A DNA stretch of 64,000 bases, taken from NCBI RefSeq assembly GCF_006345805.1, contig NC_043005.1, forward strand, positions 5,642,001 through 5,706,000. The letters run 5' to 3'. Under the pieces are notes generated by a model. That model was not told where the DNA came from and made no database searches. It saw only the letters and a program-made list of their open reading frames with translations. Made by a program: the position numbers and the translations under genes. Shown here piece by piece: positions 48,360-60,741 of the stretch. Each line of letters opens with the position of its first letter. Position 1 is the stretch's first letter. The DNA comes from Octopus sinensis. Taxonomy: Eukaryota.

Positions 48360-48757
48360 GATAGAAAGAGAGTTAATAAATAAAAGGCACAGGAAGAGTC
48401 CACATACTAGGGCCAGTAGCATAAAATGAGTAAAGGAATGCTAGATACATGTGCACACAATCTCACAGTGAGAAAGAAAGGATCAAAGACGGAGGAGGAA
48501 GAGGATGAGGAAGAAGAGAAGGAAGAAGTGGAGGAAATGACAGAATAGTTATGGAAGGAGTTATACAAATGAGTAATTTGTTTTATGTAATTTTATTTTA
48601 AGGTAATAAATATTTTTCTTTAGAAAATTAGCATTCATTTCATAATTTTATATAAATACAAATAAATATGATAAAAGCTACATTATAATTATTGAATTTA
48701 AGCCACATTTCCTGATATTGCCTATAGTGTCAAAAGTATACTTTGAAAGTTACCCAT
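48360..48757 (+). pseudogene. Relic homologous to LPMO gene A intron 1 (possible remnant of a third paralog)
   Basis: 48546-48693 aligns ungapped to 14739-14886 (offset 33807; shared taattttattttaaggtaa); 48360-48443 aligns to about 14590-14671; aaagttacccat is shared at the 3' end. Confidence 0.6.
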
Positions 48758-49024
48758 CATATGAGAGGTAACACTCTAATCTGGTAATATTAGTGGTCAA
48801 AATGTTTTGTCATTACATTGCCTTATGTGTAAAACGCCCTTTGATGATGATCAACTTGGCAGCATTTTTTTTTTTTTGTAGTGTATTTAATTTTGTTGAA
48901 TTATAGTAAGGGAATATTGAGATAGTTTTAATAAAAGGAAGAGAACCATAGTTAAAAGCATTTGAGAAGATCTGTAATACTCTGTCTCACTTGGTACAGA
49001 AGTTCCATTGTAGATCTCACCAAA

Positions 49025-50664
49025 ATGTACCATCTTCACCATCACTAACAGCAAACTCCATAACAACTATGGAATTTACACCTGCAATGCTGCGACGTCA
49101 CCTTCAAAATAAGCGCAACTATGCCTCCCCTGGTCTCGATGGAGTTACATACCTGCTTCTCAAACGTGGCAGGCACTTCCTTTTACACCAGCTTTCTATT
49201 TTCTTCCAGTACTGTCTCAACAATGGTGCTACTCCGGAGCAGTGGAAAACTGCCAGTGTCATTCCTCTGTTCAAAGAGGGTGACCGCACATCACCTGTCA
49301 ACTATCGCCCAGTCAGTCTCACTAGCTGTATTGCAAAACTGATGGAATCGTGTGTCAGAGAAACACTCTGGAACTTCTGGAGCTCTCACAGTCTCATCTG
49401 ACCCTCACAATATGGATTTGTCCCTAACTCCAGCTGCAGTGACCAGCTTGTCGAGTTCCTTGAGGACATTACTCAGATCACTGACAGTGGCTCATGGGTG
49501 GATGTTGTCTACCTTGACTTTGCTAAGGCTTTCAACTCTGTGCCACACAAAAGGCTTATGGTGAAACTCTCTGCAATGGGTGTGGGGGATGACCTTTTTA
49601 ACTGGTTGAAATCCTTCATCCTCAGCCGAAAGGAGGTAGTCACAGTTCTAGGACAGCACTCTATACCATATGAGATGTCATCGGGTGTACCACAGGGATC
49701 TGTCCTTGGTCCCCTCCTGTTTGTGGCATACATTAATGACATAGATGCCAATTTAAAGAATGCCACAGTATTGAAATATGCAGACGACATCAAGCTGTAC
49801 CTTGAAATCAAGAGGACTGATCCTGATGTCTACAACTCTTTCCTGCAATCAGACCTAGACACAATGCAGCAATGGATCACAGACTGGCAACTGAAACTGG
49901 CTGTGGACAAGTGTACCACCATGCATTTTGGGAGAAAAAACCCTGCGTCCACATACTCCCTCCACAACACTGATATCAAGAAATCCTCTTGCGAGCGTGA
50001 CCTAGGCATCACTGTCAGCAGTGATTTGCGTTGGACAAAGCATATCTCTAAAATTGTCAAGAAGGCCGAGGGTGTCTTGGCATCACTCAGCAAGACTTTT
50101 GTTAGCCGCTCTCCAGCCATCTATTTAAAACTGTATACAGCTATGGTACGACCGCACTTGGAATTCGCATCATCAGTTTGGAATCCCTATCTTGCTCAGA
50201 ACATTGACCCCTGGAATCTGTCCAGAGACGTGCAACCAAACGCATACCCTCCATCAGATACCTACCATATTCTGAGCGCCTTGTTTCCCTGGGCATGGAT
50301 TCACTGAAGCTCCGGCGTCTGGCGACGGACTTGGTAAACACCCACAAGGTTATCAACCACCTCACCAACAACAACACTGAACACCTTTTTGATCTCCATG
50401 TGTCTAACACACGTGGACATGCCTACAAAGTCAGAAAACAGCACAGCTCCCATGACTTTCGGAAACATTTTTTCACGCTCAGGGTTGCTGAAGCGTGGAA
50501 TAAACTGCCTGCATCAGTTGTTGACTGCCATGACACTGCATCCTTTAAGGCCCTCATGCTTCCCGAAATCCCTCGAAACTACACCTGATTATATATACAC
50601 TTTATCTAAAGTGTAGTGCACCTGAGCACTGTACACAATTATTATTATTATTATTATTATTATT
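49025..50664 (+). mobile_element. CR1-like LINE, longer 5'-truncated sibling of 23054-23922
   Basis: ASPGLDGV..WKTASVIPLFKEG..NYRPVSLTS; in-frame TGA at 49399-49401; DFAKAFNSVPH..SGVPQGSVLGPLLF..YADDIKL; 1-bp deletion near 50208; (ATT)n tail to 50664. Confidence 0.93.
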
Positions 50665-52589
50665 AAAAGATAATGAATTTGCAGCATTGTTAGAGCTTTG
50701 GAAAAAAACTGCATTGCAGTATTTGTTCCAGCTCTTTCAATTCTGAGTCCAAATCCTACCCAAGTCAACTTTGTATTTCATCCTTTCAGAATTGATAAAA
50801 TAAAATACTAGTCAAGTACTTAGGGCAACTAATCAATTACCCACAAAATTGTTTGACTTGCGCTTTAATCAGAAATAATTTGTGGGTTGCACTTGAGGTT
50901 TGTTAACAGACAGCAGTTGTTTGTTTCTGAGGTATTATCTGAAAATTTTTCAATATAGCTTTTGCTATGTTATGGATACAAGATCACTAAGAGAGAAAGA
51001 TCATTAATGATTGTGAAGCCTAGCACTTGAAATTACTTTGAGGTATTTCATTAATGACTCGAGACAATGAGATGAAAGATTGTCTTCATTCACATGTGTA
51101 TTAACTGACTCTTTTATTGCTGTTGAATATGATAATGTAATCATGCGGTGGAATTGCAGTAATTTAGGGCATTTTTCAGGAAAGTTACATCATCTTATGT
51201 TATTTTTTCACTTAAACTAGCAGTCAACACATCTTTTCATATCTCCATGACTATGTTGTTAGATATATCCTTTCTCCTTTAAGTGGAAGAGTGCAATTTG
51301 AGGAGATGTAGCTGCAATTTCTAACAGGTTATGATGTCATAGGCACTGCCTCATTGGCCTTATAGTTCTAGTAGGTTGTTGGGATGGGTATTTAAGATGA
51401 TTATTTGTATTTCTTTAGGAATACCCACCACCAATAAATTACCTACTTCCAAATGATTGACAAACTCAGATTAAACAACTTCACTATGCTACAGTGAACC
51501 AGATTAAACTACACCAAAAAGGTTTTATTGAATTTAGTGTGAACAATGGATTAACAACTCATTACATTCATTAATTATTCCAAACTTACAGCCTAAGACT
51601 TCGGGTGTTTCCCTGCAGCATAAATTACAACTGCCTCCACCCCTTTATATGGAAATGCTGTCCATATAATTGACTACAAAATCTGACACTGTAGTACAGA
51701 AATAGCAGTATTCTTTATTGGGTGTTTGGTATTGGTAACTCAAAAGGTAATTACACATACTTGGTTCATTGGGTAATGAAGAATTATTGGTTATATTGTT
51801 ACTAAAGCTATTAGTAGGAAGAGGCACAGAATCAATTGTAATATTCATGTTAGATCAAGATGTATTATAAAAGATGAGTAAGAAATGGACAAGATATTAG
51901 ATAATCAGAATCCTGCATGTAATTTCTAATGTTGTTTAATAATTAGTTAATTATTAATAGTAGCTATATCATCCGCTACATTAGGAATGATAGGGTACTC
52001 ATGAAGATAAAAATACACTTCCTTAGTTACCCATCATCAGACCGAGGATGCCTGATAAGTTGGAACTTCAAAGTCATTGTCACCCTTTTTCCCTCGAAAA
52101 TTAATAATTATGTACCCTATTAAAAAGTATTGAGTAATCCTTACGATTAATGTTAAATTGTTTATATATATAACCTGATATAAAAACCAACATTAATGTG
52201 TGTGTGTCTGTGTGTATGTGTGTGTGTGTAAACGGAGATGCTTCACTGTCTGGGACGTGTATTAAAAAGATATGGTCACCATAGAAAATGAAGATGGTGC
52301 AAAAGAGAGAAAGATAATAATACATGAAGAAATCGAAAATAGTCATGATATAGAGGTGCGTGAAGGAGAAAAAGTCAATGAAAAAGATAGACTGTATGAA
52401 GATGGGGTGGAGCTGATAGTATTGGCAGTGGGAAGGATAAACAAGATAGAACCAAAAAAAAAAGGCAAGAAAAAATGAAACATGAATGAATCTGTGAGGA
52501 TAAAGAAGAAAGTTTGAGGAGAAAGGTGACGAGAGGGAAAAAGTAGGAGAAGCAAGATAGTATTAAGAAAGTTATAAAAATATACATGA

Positions 52590-53050
52590 AGAAGAAAATA
52601 AGATTATAGAAGAGTTAGGGAGCGGAGAGAAAGAAGAGAGATGGAGTTTGAGGAGACAGGTGAGAAAAAGGAGAACTAATGGAGAGTGGGAGACAGAATG
52701 AGTGAAGAGAGACAGAAGAGAATAGAATTAACAGAGAACTGGAAGAATAGGAGGAAAGAAAGAGTAAGTGATACTGAGAAGGATGTAGAGGAGAGGAAGG
52801 AGAGGTGGAAGAGGAAGGAGTGGTGGAAGAGGAAGGAGAGGTGGAAGAGGGAGCGAGAAAGACGGAGAAAACAGGATTCGTTCAGAAATGGGAGAATATG
52901 AGAAAATGAAAGAGAGAAGAGGAAGAAAAGGAGGAGTGAGAAAGATGGAAAAGAAAAGAAAGGAAAGAAACGAACGAGTAGAGAAAAGCTAGAAGAGAAT
53001 ATTAAGGAAGACGGACAGCGAAGATAGAAAGAGAGAAAGAAGTAGGCAAC
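52590..53050 (+). repeat. Purine-rich (GA/GAA) low-complexity tract
   Basis: Strongly purine-skewed sequence; the R/E/K-rich and F/L/S-rich ORFs here are artefacts. A similar tract lies at 47720-48130. Confidence 0.8.
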
Positions 53051-53436
53051 AGATTGAGACATGAAGAGTTGCTGTTTTGCTCCAAGTCGACCCAAACAGA
53101 GAAGACCTATAGTTAAAAGGGTATCAGCTGTAATCGTATCTTCCTTTATTTTTCTTCTTCTTCAATATGTTCTGTTTTTAAAACAGTAGAATTTCATTTG
53201 AGAGGGATTTGGCTATTACCTTTAGGAAATCGATCGACCATGTTGCGATTCCACTCCTTTGTCTCAGAGGAAGTTAAAAGTTTGTTGCTGTTTGTTTACT
53301 CTCCAAGTCGACCCTCATCGAAGATTCACTGGGCGTGCCTTCCTCGTCTTGGATTCCATATCATTCTTCCTTTACTCAAACAATAATGTGGTTCGAAGGA
53401 GATTTGGTTGTTATTTCTAGCAGGTGTCATCGACCG

Positions 53437-53484
53437 TATAGAAACCTACTTGTTGGCATATGTGCCAACAAGTAGGTTTCTATA
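53437..53484. repeat. Perfect 22-bp-arm palindrome (4-nt loop)
   Basis: TATAGAAACCTACTTGTTGGCA-TATG-TGCCAACAAGTAGGTTTCTATA. Confidence 0.95.
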
Positions 53485-53487
53485 AAG

Positions 53488-53690
53488 GGTAAATTTTTTG
53501 AGTAACACCTGCATGATTTTCACTAAGGAAAAAAAAACAAAACAACTCGGACTTTTTGCGTGGAATCAAGTACCCTGACCTCTTAATATGCTGTAAATCC
53601 CTTATTTTGGTTCGGAAAAGGGGGGGACATCCGAGTTTTTTTTTGGGGGGGGGGGTGAAAATCGTGCGGGTATTATTCAAAAAATTTACC
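53488..53690. mobile_element. 203-bp MITE with 36-bp TIRs
   Basis: ggtaaattttttgagtaacacctgcatgattttcac (53488-53523) versus the reverse complement of 53655-53690 (4 mismatches); subterminal aactcgga/tccgagtt. Confidence 0.85.
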
Positions 53691-54135
53691 GAAATAAGCA
53701 TTCAGTTGTTGCTTTAATTGTTTTTGTTTAGTACTGGGTCAACTCTAATCAATTCAAAGCTGTGACCATCCTCCCACGTTTTTTTTTGTTTTTAGGGAAT
53801 TTAGGGATACATTATTTAATATAACCCTTTTGAAGACGGTTGTGCTTTGAGGAAGATTGTGACTGCTATTTCCAAACCAATAGAACGGCCTCGGTGGTTC
53901 CTACGTGCACAAGATGCAGGGAAATGAATTAGGTGAGGGCGGGAGACGATGAAATATAAAAGAAACGACTGCAGGAACAGTGCGAGAAAGCAAGTTGACA
54001 TGTAAGAGGTATATTTATGAGCAGAAAAGCGAACGAAGAAACAATAAAACAGCAGCAGAAACGCTGTATGTGTGTCAGTATATCATGTCGAACAGCAGTT
54101 CTTGTTGAAGTTAGGAATTTAAAACAGCAACTTAC

Positions 54136-54669
54136 TTAAATTGCACACGTGGGTTTATAATATATGTACGAGTATCAATTATATACGATTTATATACGCA
54201 CTGGGAGAAAAGATAGGCCTGGATATGAAATAGTTCGTTAAAAAAATTCCGATTTAAACAAATAATGGTTAAAAATAATTCATCGGAAATAGTAAACATT
54301 TCTTCATTGTTTAAACTTCATTAACCAGGGAACAAACTCGGTACCTGGCAATATTCTAAAATCGCTTTATTTAAAAACACAGCTGGTTCTTGTGAAATAG
54401 TTTGCAATAATAATAGAGAAAAAGAAAAATACATATTTCGTTTAATAATGATTACGAAATTAATTTATCGGAAATATTAAAACATTCTGTTTAATCATTT
54501 ATAATTTGCACTTAATTACAAACTGGTTGTGTAAAACAAAAAAAAAAAAAAACTTGTGTCATCGACTTAAACTGGGAACGAACTCGGCACCTAGCAGCTA
54601 ACTAAATTCGCTTCATTACAACATATGGCTGGTTATCTTTAACGCTTTCATTTATCTGATTTTTGAACT
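54136..54669. promoter_or_regulatory. Candidate divergent promoter region
   Basis: CpG-retaining region bounded by a minus-strand donor TAA|GTAAGT (intron starts 54135) and a plus-strand donor ACT|GTGAGT (54670); lies just right of the CpG-depletion boundary. Confidence 0.25.
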
Positions 54670-56843
54670 GTGAGTATTTTTTTTATTTATATTATTTTAA
54701 AATTGTTTTCGATGGTTGCTGCTGCTTGTGTTTGATACTGAAGTCGTAGTGGTCGGTCACGTTTATTTGACAATGAGCTTTAAGAATAGGAAAGAAAGAA
54801 AAAGCTACTTGAAGTAGAGAGAAAAACAATTGGGTCCGAGTAAAATGTGTTTGTGATTATAAACTTAACTATACATTTTCTCTAACATATTTTTTCTACC
54901 ATATTGCGAACTTATACAATACGGATTAAACATTTCTCAGTGAAGGTATGGAATTTATTTAAATATATCTTCGTGTATTTATTTATCAAGAGATATTTGT
55001 TGGAGTTAGATGTTTACATTTAACGATTGATGGATTTTAAAACTGGTTGGGAGTACTGGAGGAGAAAGAGTTCACACATAATTGGACATTCTCAGTGGCA
55101 AGTACTTGTTACGTTTATCGTTTGCTCTTTCGTTCCCATCAAACTACTTTTCTCTTTCGTTTCTTGTATATGAAATCTCCCATTTAGATCCGCTTCAATT
55201 TCTTCGCAGCATTTTTTTTATCAACACATACAAATAAACAAACAGTTAATAAGTAGGAAGTGGTTATTTTGTGTTCGTTATAAAATGCTAGAAACACACC
55301 CACGAATAGAATGTGTGTGTGTATGTATGTACATGTTTTCACACACACACACTGGCACACGCATACTCCCGCTCAATTATACTGTGTACTGAAGCACTAT
55401 ATATATATATATATGTGTGTGAGCTTTTTTTTTATCTAGCAACTACAAAGTTATTTTAAAAGCAAAACACGCAGTATTAACCAGCCATTCTTTTGTAACA
55501 ACTTTTCGTTTGTCTATCTCGTAAACATCTAGTGTGTTACTAAGTTGAGAACACAGATTTAGTGGTATGACGGTTTGACGTCTATTTTTAGCATACAAGG
55601 GATCCATATAGTGATCTTTCATACGTTGTATCATATGGATATTGTGATATGTGTGTGTTAAGGAATTAGTGACTCGGGGATCTAGAGTTTCGCGCCAAGA
55701 TACCAAAGTCTTCAGAATTTAAAAAAAACTTTTCCTCGTTTGTAAAATCGAACTTGTGTATAATTTTACACTCAAATACACATAAATACGTGTACGTGCT
55801 CACACAATCGCACACATGCATACACGCGTACAAATACACACACACATATACGTACACACATGCACACAAATGCTCTCTTATACCTCTACATATACATAAC
55901 TTCAACAGTCAGCTGTGGGACAACTTTCGATACTGCACATCAAAGTGGGGAAGGGCAATCCTTCGGTATTGGTGGACACCTTTCACCCACACGACCTTTC
56001 TTCGTGACATAAAAAGACTCGGTGAGCCAATTGGTAACGGCATACGATTTTCTTTTAGGGGATGGGGTACTTACTCGGTGCCGCCCAAAAGCATGGGCAC
56101 ACTGAGTAGTTACTAGGGAGGAAGGGGAACGGGTCACAGAATCTTGTGCTAGTCTATGTTGTAATTTACTGCCAGTAAGTAAATACTATAGGCTACCTGC
56201 GCATTGCTTTGTCCGTTCGGTTACATTACAGTAGAAACGGTCCTGGGGTTGCTCACCAACTTCTTACAGACTCATACCATTCCACAGATCTCACTTTAAA
56301 GGTGAAATCCATGGTTTTCGTGAGGGTTTTTGATGTGTTTTTGAACAAATCTGATAATCAAAACCGTCAGAAATCTCTCGTTCTTTAAAAATTTACACAT
56401 ACGTCTACTAATTTGCTGTGTGTGTGTTGAGGGGTGGGGGAGGAAATAACAATAACAACTAAGGTTAATAATAGCAGTATCCCATCGTTCAGTCTAAATA
56501 TCGATTAGTTTAATTAATTATTCCCAAATTGAATGTAGCTAATTTAGTTTGAATTTAAATGAGCAGATGTCTTTTATTGAATTTCATTTTACTGTATCAC
56601 TTTATGAACTTAGGAATTAGTTAATTGTGTCAGGAATTGAACATAATGTATTTGCCGGCGTTTAAGAGGCACCCCTATTTTATATGTTTATGTTATTGAA
56701 AAAACAAACTTAGTATGTGTCATCATAGACTCACTATACCAAGTTGAATCAAAAGTTTTTTCGTATTTCAAGCTGTAATTAATAGTTCAGACAAATTTCA
56801 TACGAACAGCGTTTATTCATCAGAATATATCCCATCATATTCT

Positions 56844-57054
56844 TTTCTACTCTAGGCATAAGGCCCGAAATTTTTAGGGAGGGGGCAGTCGATTAGATCG
56901 ACTCCACTACGTAACTGGTACTTAATTCATCGACCTCGAAAGGATGAAAGGCAAAGTCGACATCGACGGAATTTGAACTCAGAACATAAAGACAGACGAA
57001 ATACTGCTAAGCCTTTCGCCCGGCATTCTAACGTTTTTGCCAGCTCGCCGCCTT
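56844..57054 (-). mobile_element. Young tRNA-derived SINE with 18-bp TSD
   Basis: CpG-rich copy flanked by tatatcccatcatattct (56826-56843) and tatatcccatcttattct (57055-57072). Confidence 0.9.
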
Positions 57055-58109
57055 TATATCCCATCTTATTCTATTGTTTATTGCCATCGTTGTGTCCGAA
57101 CAGAAACTCAATTCCAGGTTTAGAACCATTTTCTGGTTTAATGGCAAAAAACTCCCTACATCAATTTTGACCTCACCCACATTGTTGAACCTCTGTCCGG
57201 AGCCATGGCTCGGGAAAGATTGCAATCTGATGGTGTAAGCAGGGCGAGGCAGCACTTTCCAAGTGCTGCCTCAAGTTTGCGCTTGGTCTCATTTGTAGTG
57301 TGTGCTGAGGCACCTAACACCCAACATGACCTTCTGTTCAAACCGCCCTTGTTTGACAACAGGTTCTAAAGCCCGACCGAAACGAAGTCACTGATTTCTC
57401 TTATTAGGATTACGAAAATATTCATTTTCATCCCCAGTTACAATGTGACGTCCAAAAACGGGCGTCTCGTGAATTTGTCAGCACTTGCTAGCAAATGTTC
57501 ACACGTTGTTGAACATGTCATTGGTCAGTTCATGAGGAGTCTCGACAGCGTGTGTTTACCAGGCTAAGCTTATGGAGGTGTCGATTGATTGTGCTTTGTG
57601 AAGGACCAAGCTCTTTACGAGTGTTTGTGCTTGGCTGTTCAACTATTTCAACAAGACCTCGTCTTCCATAACACTATTCTCTGGCCTTGGTTTGGTTTCG
57701 AGGCTGGTGTCATACGTTTGCTGATAGTACTTGGGCCTTCCATATTAATTTCTTTTGCCACTACCCTTGCATTCAGTCCTTTTTTCCCTCAATTACAGCG
57801 TAAAATGGTTCTAATTGCAATTTCTTCACCACTCATTATCAAAGCTGCAAAATAAATAATGCTTATGTTTATATGAAAATAAAGAATAAACAATTCTGCA
57901 TCAATTGGATAAGTTATATCAAATTAATGAGATAACATGGAGATACAAGTTGCTAAAAATCATCAGTGAAAATTCGAAAAAAACTTTTGACTCAACCTGG
58001 TGAGATAATTTGAAGTGGATTTTCTTAGTGGGAATGCATGATCCTGTACATATAAATACACAGATTATTGTGATGGTATACTGGAATGATACCATAAATT
58101 TATAATAAA

Positions 58110-58416
58110 CTAGCAGTATCACCCGGCGTTGCTCGGGTTTGTAAGGGAAATAACTATATAAGCATTTTTGGAGAGTTACTTCCCTTATATAACCCGAGCA
58201 AAAATCATTAAAAATGCGGAAAAATGATGGTAATTTTTTTTTTTAATCGTAGACTCATCGTAGACGCGCGCTAATACTCAGAAGGGCTCGATATGAATGA
58301 CGACTATAAGATACCCGCTTTTGGTTAAACTGCACCGCAAAATGTGGGAGTAGTTAGGAATCTAAATCGGAGGAGACGGAGTCTCACACACACAACTTCA
58401 ATTTTATATATAAAGA
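58110..58416 (-). mobile_element. Complete 307-bp non-autonomous Helitron
   Basis: Minus strand: host A | 5'-TC (58416-58415) ... hairpin ACCCG-N8-CGGGT (58121-58138) ... CTAG-3' (58113-58110) | host T; no TSD. Confidence 0.85.
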
Positions 58417-58802
58417 TAAACTGCGTTACGGAAGTACCATATATTATTTCAGATGGAGTGTATAGTTCATATTTTGGTCAAGAGGATTGCTATCCTGTTA
58501 ATCTAAGGCTGTGATCTGGGTAACTGCGGTAGGCTGAGTGGCGTATCTCCGCACTTTTGCTGAAAATTTAACATGCCTTTGATCCTTCTAGAAGAATTGA
58601 TTTAAATAATTAAAAAAAAAATGTTTCTTAAAGATAACATAAGACATTTTAGTTGTGAATTATGTATGCTGAGGAGGGAGGTATAATTGAGATGATGACC
58701 CCCACCACCACTGTCACTGCCAACACACCGTTAGCAATTTTTCACAAGTTTGTGCAATCAGACTACGATAATTTGGTCTGTTTTCAATATTCTATTATTT
58801 GT

Positions 58803-59395
58803 AGGGTGGCGAGCTGGCAGAAACGTTAGCATGCTGGGCGAAATGCGTAGCCGTATTTCGTCTGCCGCTACGTTCTGAGTTCAAATTCTGCCGAGGTCAA
58901 CTTTGCCTTTCATCCTTTCGGGGTCGATAAATTAAGTACTAGTTACGCACTCGGATCGATGGAATCAACTTAATCCTTTTGTCCCCTCTGTGTTTAGCCT
59001 CTTGTGGGTAGTAAAGAAATAGGTATTTCGTCTGCTGCTACGTTCAGAGTTCAAATTCTGCCGAGGTCGACTTTGCCTTTCATCCTTTTGGGGTTGATTA
59101 AATAAGTACCAGTTACGCACTGGGGTCAATATAATCGACTTAATCCCTTTGTCCTTGTTTGTCTCCTTTATATTTAGCCCCCTGTGGGCAATAAAGAAAT
59201 GTTTTATTATTAGTAAGGTGGTGTGCTGGCAGTATCGTTAACGCGTTGGATAAAATGCTTAGCTGCATTTCTTCCAATTTTACGTTCTGAGTTGAAATGC
59301 TGCCGGAGTCGACTTTGCCTCCCGTAATTTTGGGGTCCATAAAATAAGTGCCAGTTGAGCACTGGGATCGATGTAATCAACTTGCCCCCCACTCT
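58803..59395 (+). mobile_element. SINE tandem array (full copy + headless copy + older copy)
   Basis: The first copy ends aaagaaata and runs directly into ggtatttcgtctg (SINE-internal sequence) of a second copy; a third, older copy starts at about 59215. Confidence 0.85.
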
Positions 59396-60585
59396 ATCCT
59401 ACGTCACTTGGTTTCCTGTCCACGACACAGGGCAGTTTTTGTACCCATATACAAATGTACCAATTGAAAAATAAATCATAAAGCGCCTTATATGCCGGGA
59501 AATGTAGCAGGCCAAAACTGAAAGTAGTTGTTTAACCCCATTAATACATTGATACAACTTTTCATGTAAAACATTGCAATGGGGGTGGGGAGAGCTAAAC
59601 TACAATACCTTATAAAAGGAGACACCCTATTGATCTCACGACTCTAGAGGTATGAAATAAAAAGAACCTGACATGATTTGAATTCAAAATTAATAAAGCA
59701 GCTACTATATGTGCCAGTTTTACTTTAGCCCTTTGGAATAAATTACAGTTTTTGCTTTTTATTTATTTTTTTTTAAGAGATCGGGGCTTTTCTTTTTCTT
59801 TTGCAGGAAATGACTAAAATAATTTGAAACAACCTAAATCTTAGATATATTTCAACCAAAATTGGCCCATGCTATGTCTTAGTCACACCACCTGACAGTC
59901 ATTTTTAAGCTAAGTTTTGTTGTAGCATAGTCCATCCAAGTAGGGATGTATCTAGATATAGGTGATTTGGTTGATATCCCTTAAAGAAATTTAGCTAGTC
60001 ATTGTTTACAATGAGGGCATGACTTTTGAGTTTTCACTGATGCATCTTGTGTTGAAAAGTTTCCCAGATGTATGAAACCGGATCCATATTCCATATGGAC
60101 ACTCACTAAAAGCCACTTATGCATGCGATTACTTTCATGCAGTTTACCTTGACCAAATCCCTTAACATGTCATTGGTTGGTTTGATTTTATTAATAGAGA
60201 ATGTACCTAAAGTATTGTGCAGCAGGACTGACACTAAAATCACGTGGCAAAGTAAACTTAATCCCATGGCCACACCTGCATCAGTATGTATGTATGTATG
60301 TATGTGTATACATTTGATTTTTTAATGTCTCTACCCCCATACTTCCTTGAGTTGAATTGAGCAAACACTATATGAGAGAGGTTTTCTTTAAGTGTTAGAA
60401 ATAGTTTTATAAAAAGTTTTTTTTAGCTGCTATTTCTAACGAGTTCAGTATGCGGCAAAGTAATTTATTTTACTAAGCCCTTTTATATAATGTAATAATT
60501 TGAATTCGCCTTAAATGGTCCCTTTGCATACTGAATACTTGGTGAAATTGATTAATTAATTAATTAATTTTACCCTCAATTGTTG

Positions 60586-60626
<41 letters not shown>

Positions 60627-60670
60627 AAAAAATGAAGTTCGAAAATGCTACTGTATTATACAATTTTTAA

Positions 60671-60741
60671 TTTTTATATATACATTATAACATGTTTCAG
60701 TTCCTGAAATGAACTTTATCAAAAAAAGTTATATATAAAAA
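60671..60741 (-). ncRNA. Decayed minimal type-I hammerhead ribozyme-like motif in the PLE 3' region
   Basis: Minus strand TTGATAA-AGTTC-atttcag-GAACT-GAA-ACATGT-T: perfect 5-bp stem II, palindromic stem III (ACATGT), GUU triplet, distal stem I tttttatatat/atatataaaaa; C3 and G8 are mutated. Confidence 0.5.

Noticed and set aside
54328-54596. Repeated 23-mer GGGAACRAACTCGGYACCTRGCA as a novel regulatory motif
   Set aside because: It resembles the reverse complement of a tRNA T-arm/B-box and sits in a local degenerate duplication, so it is better explained as decayed SINE pieces.
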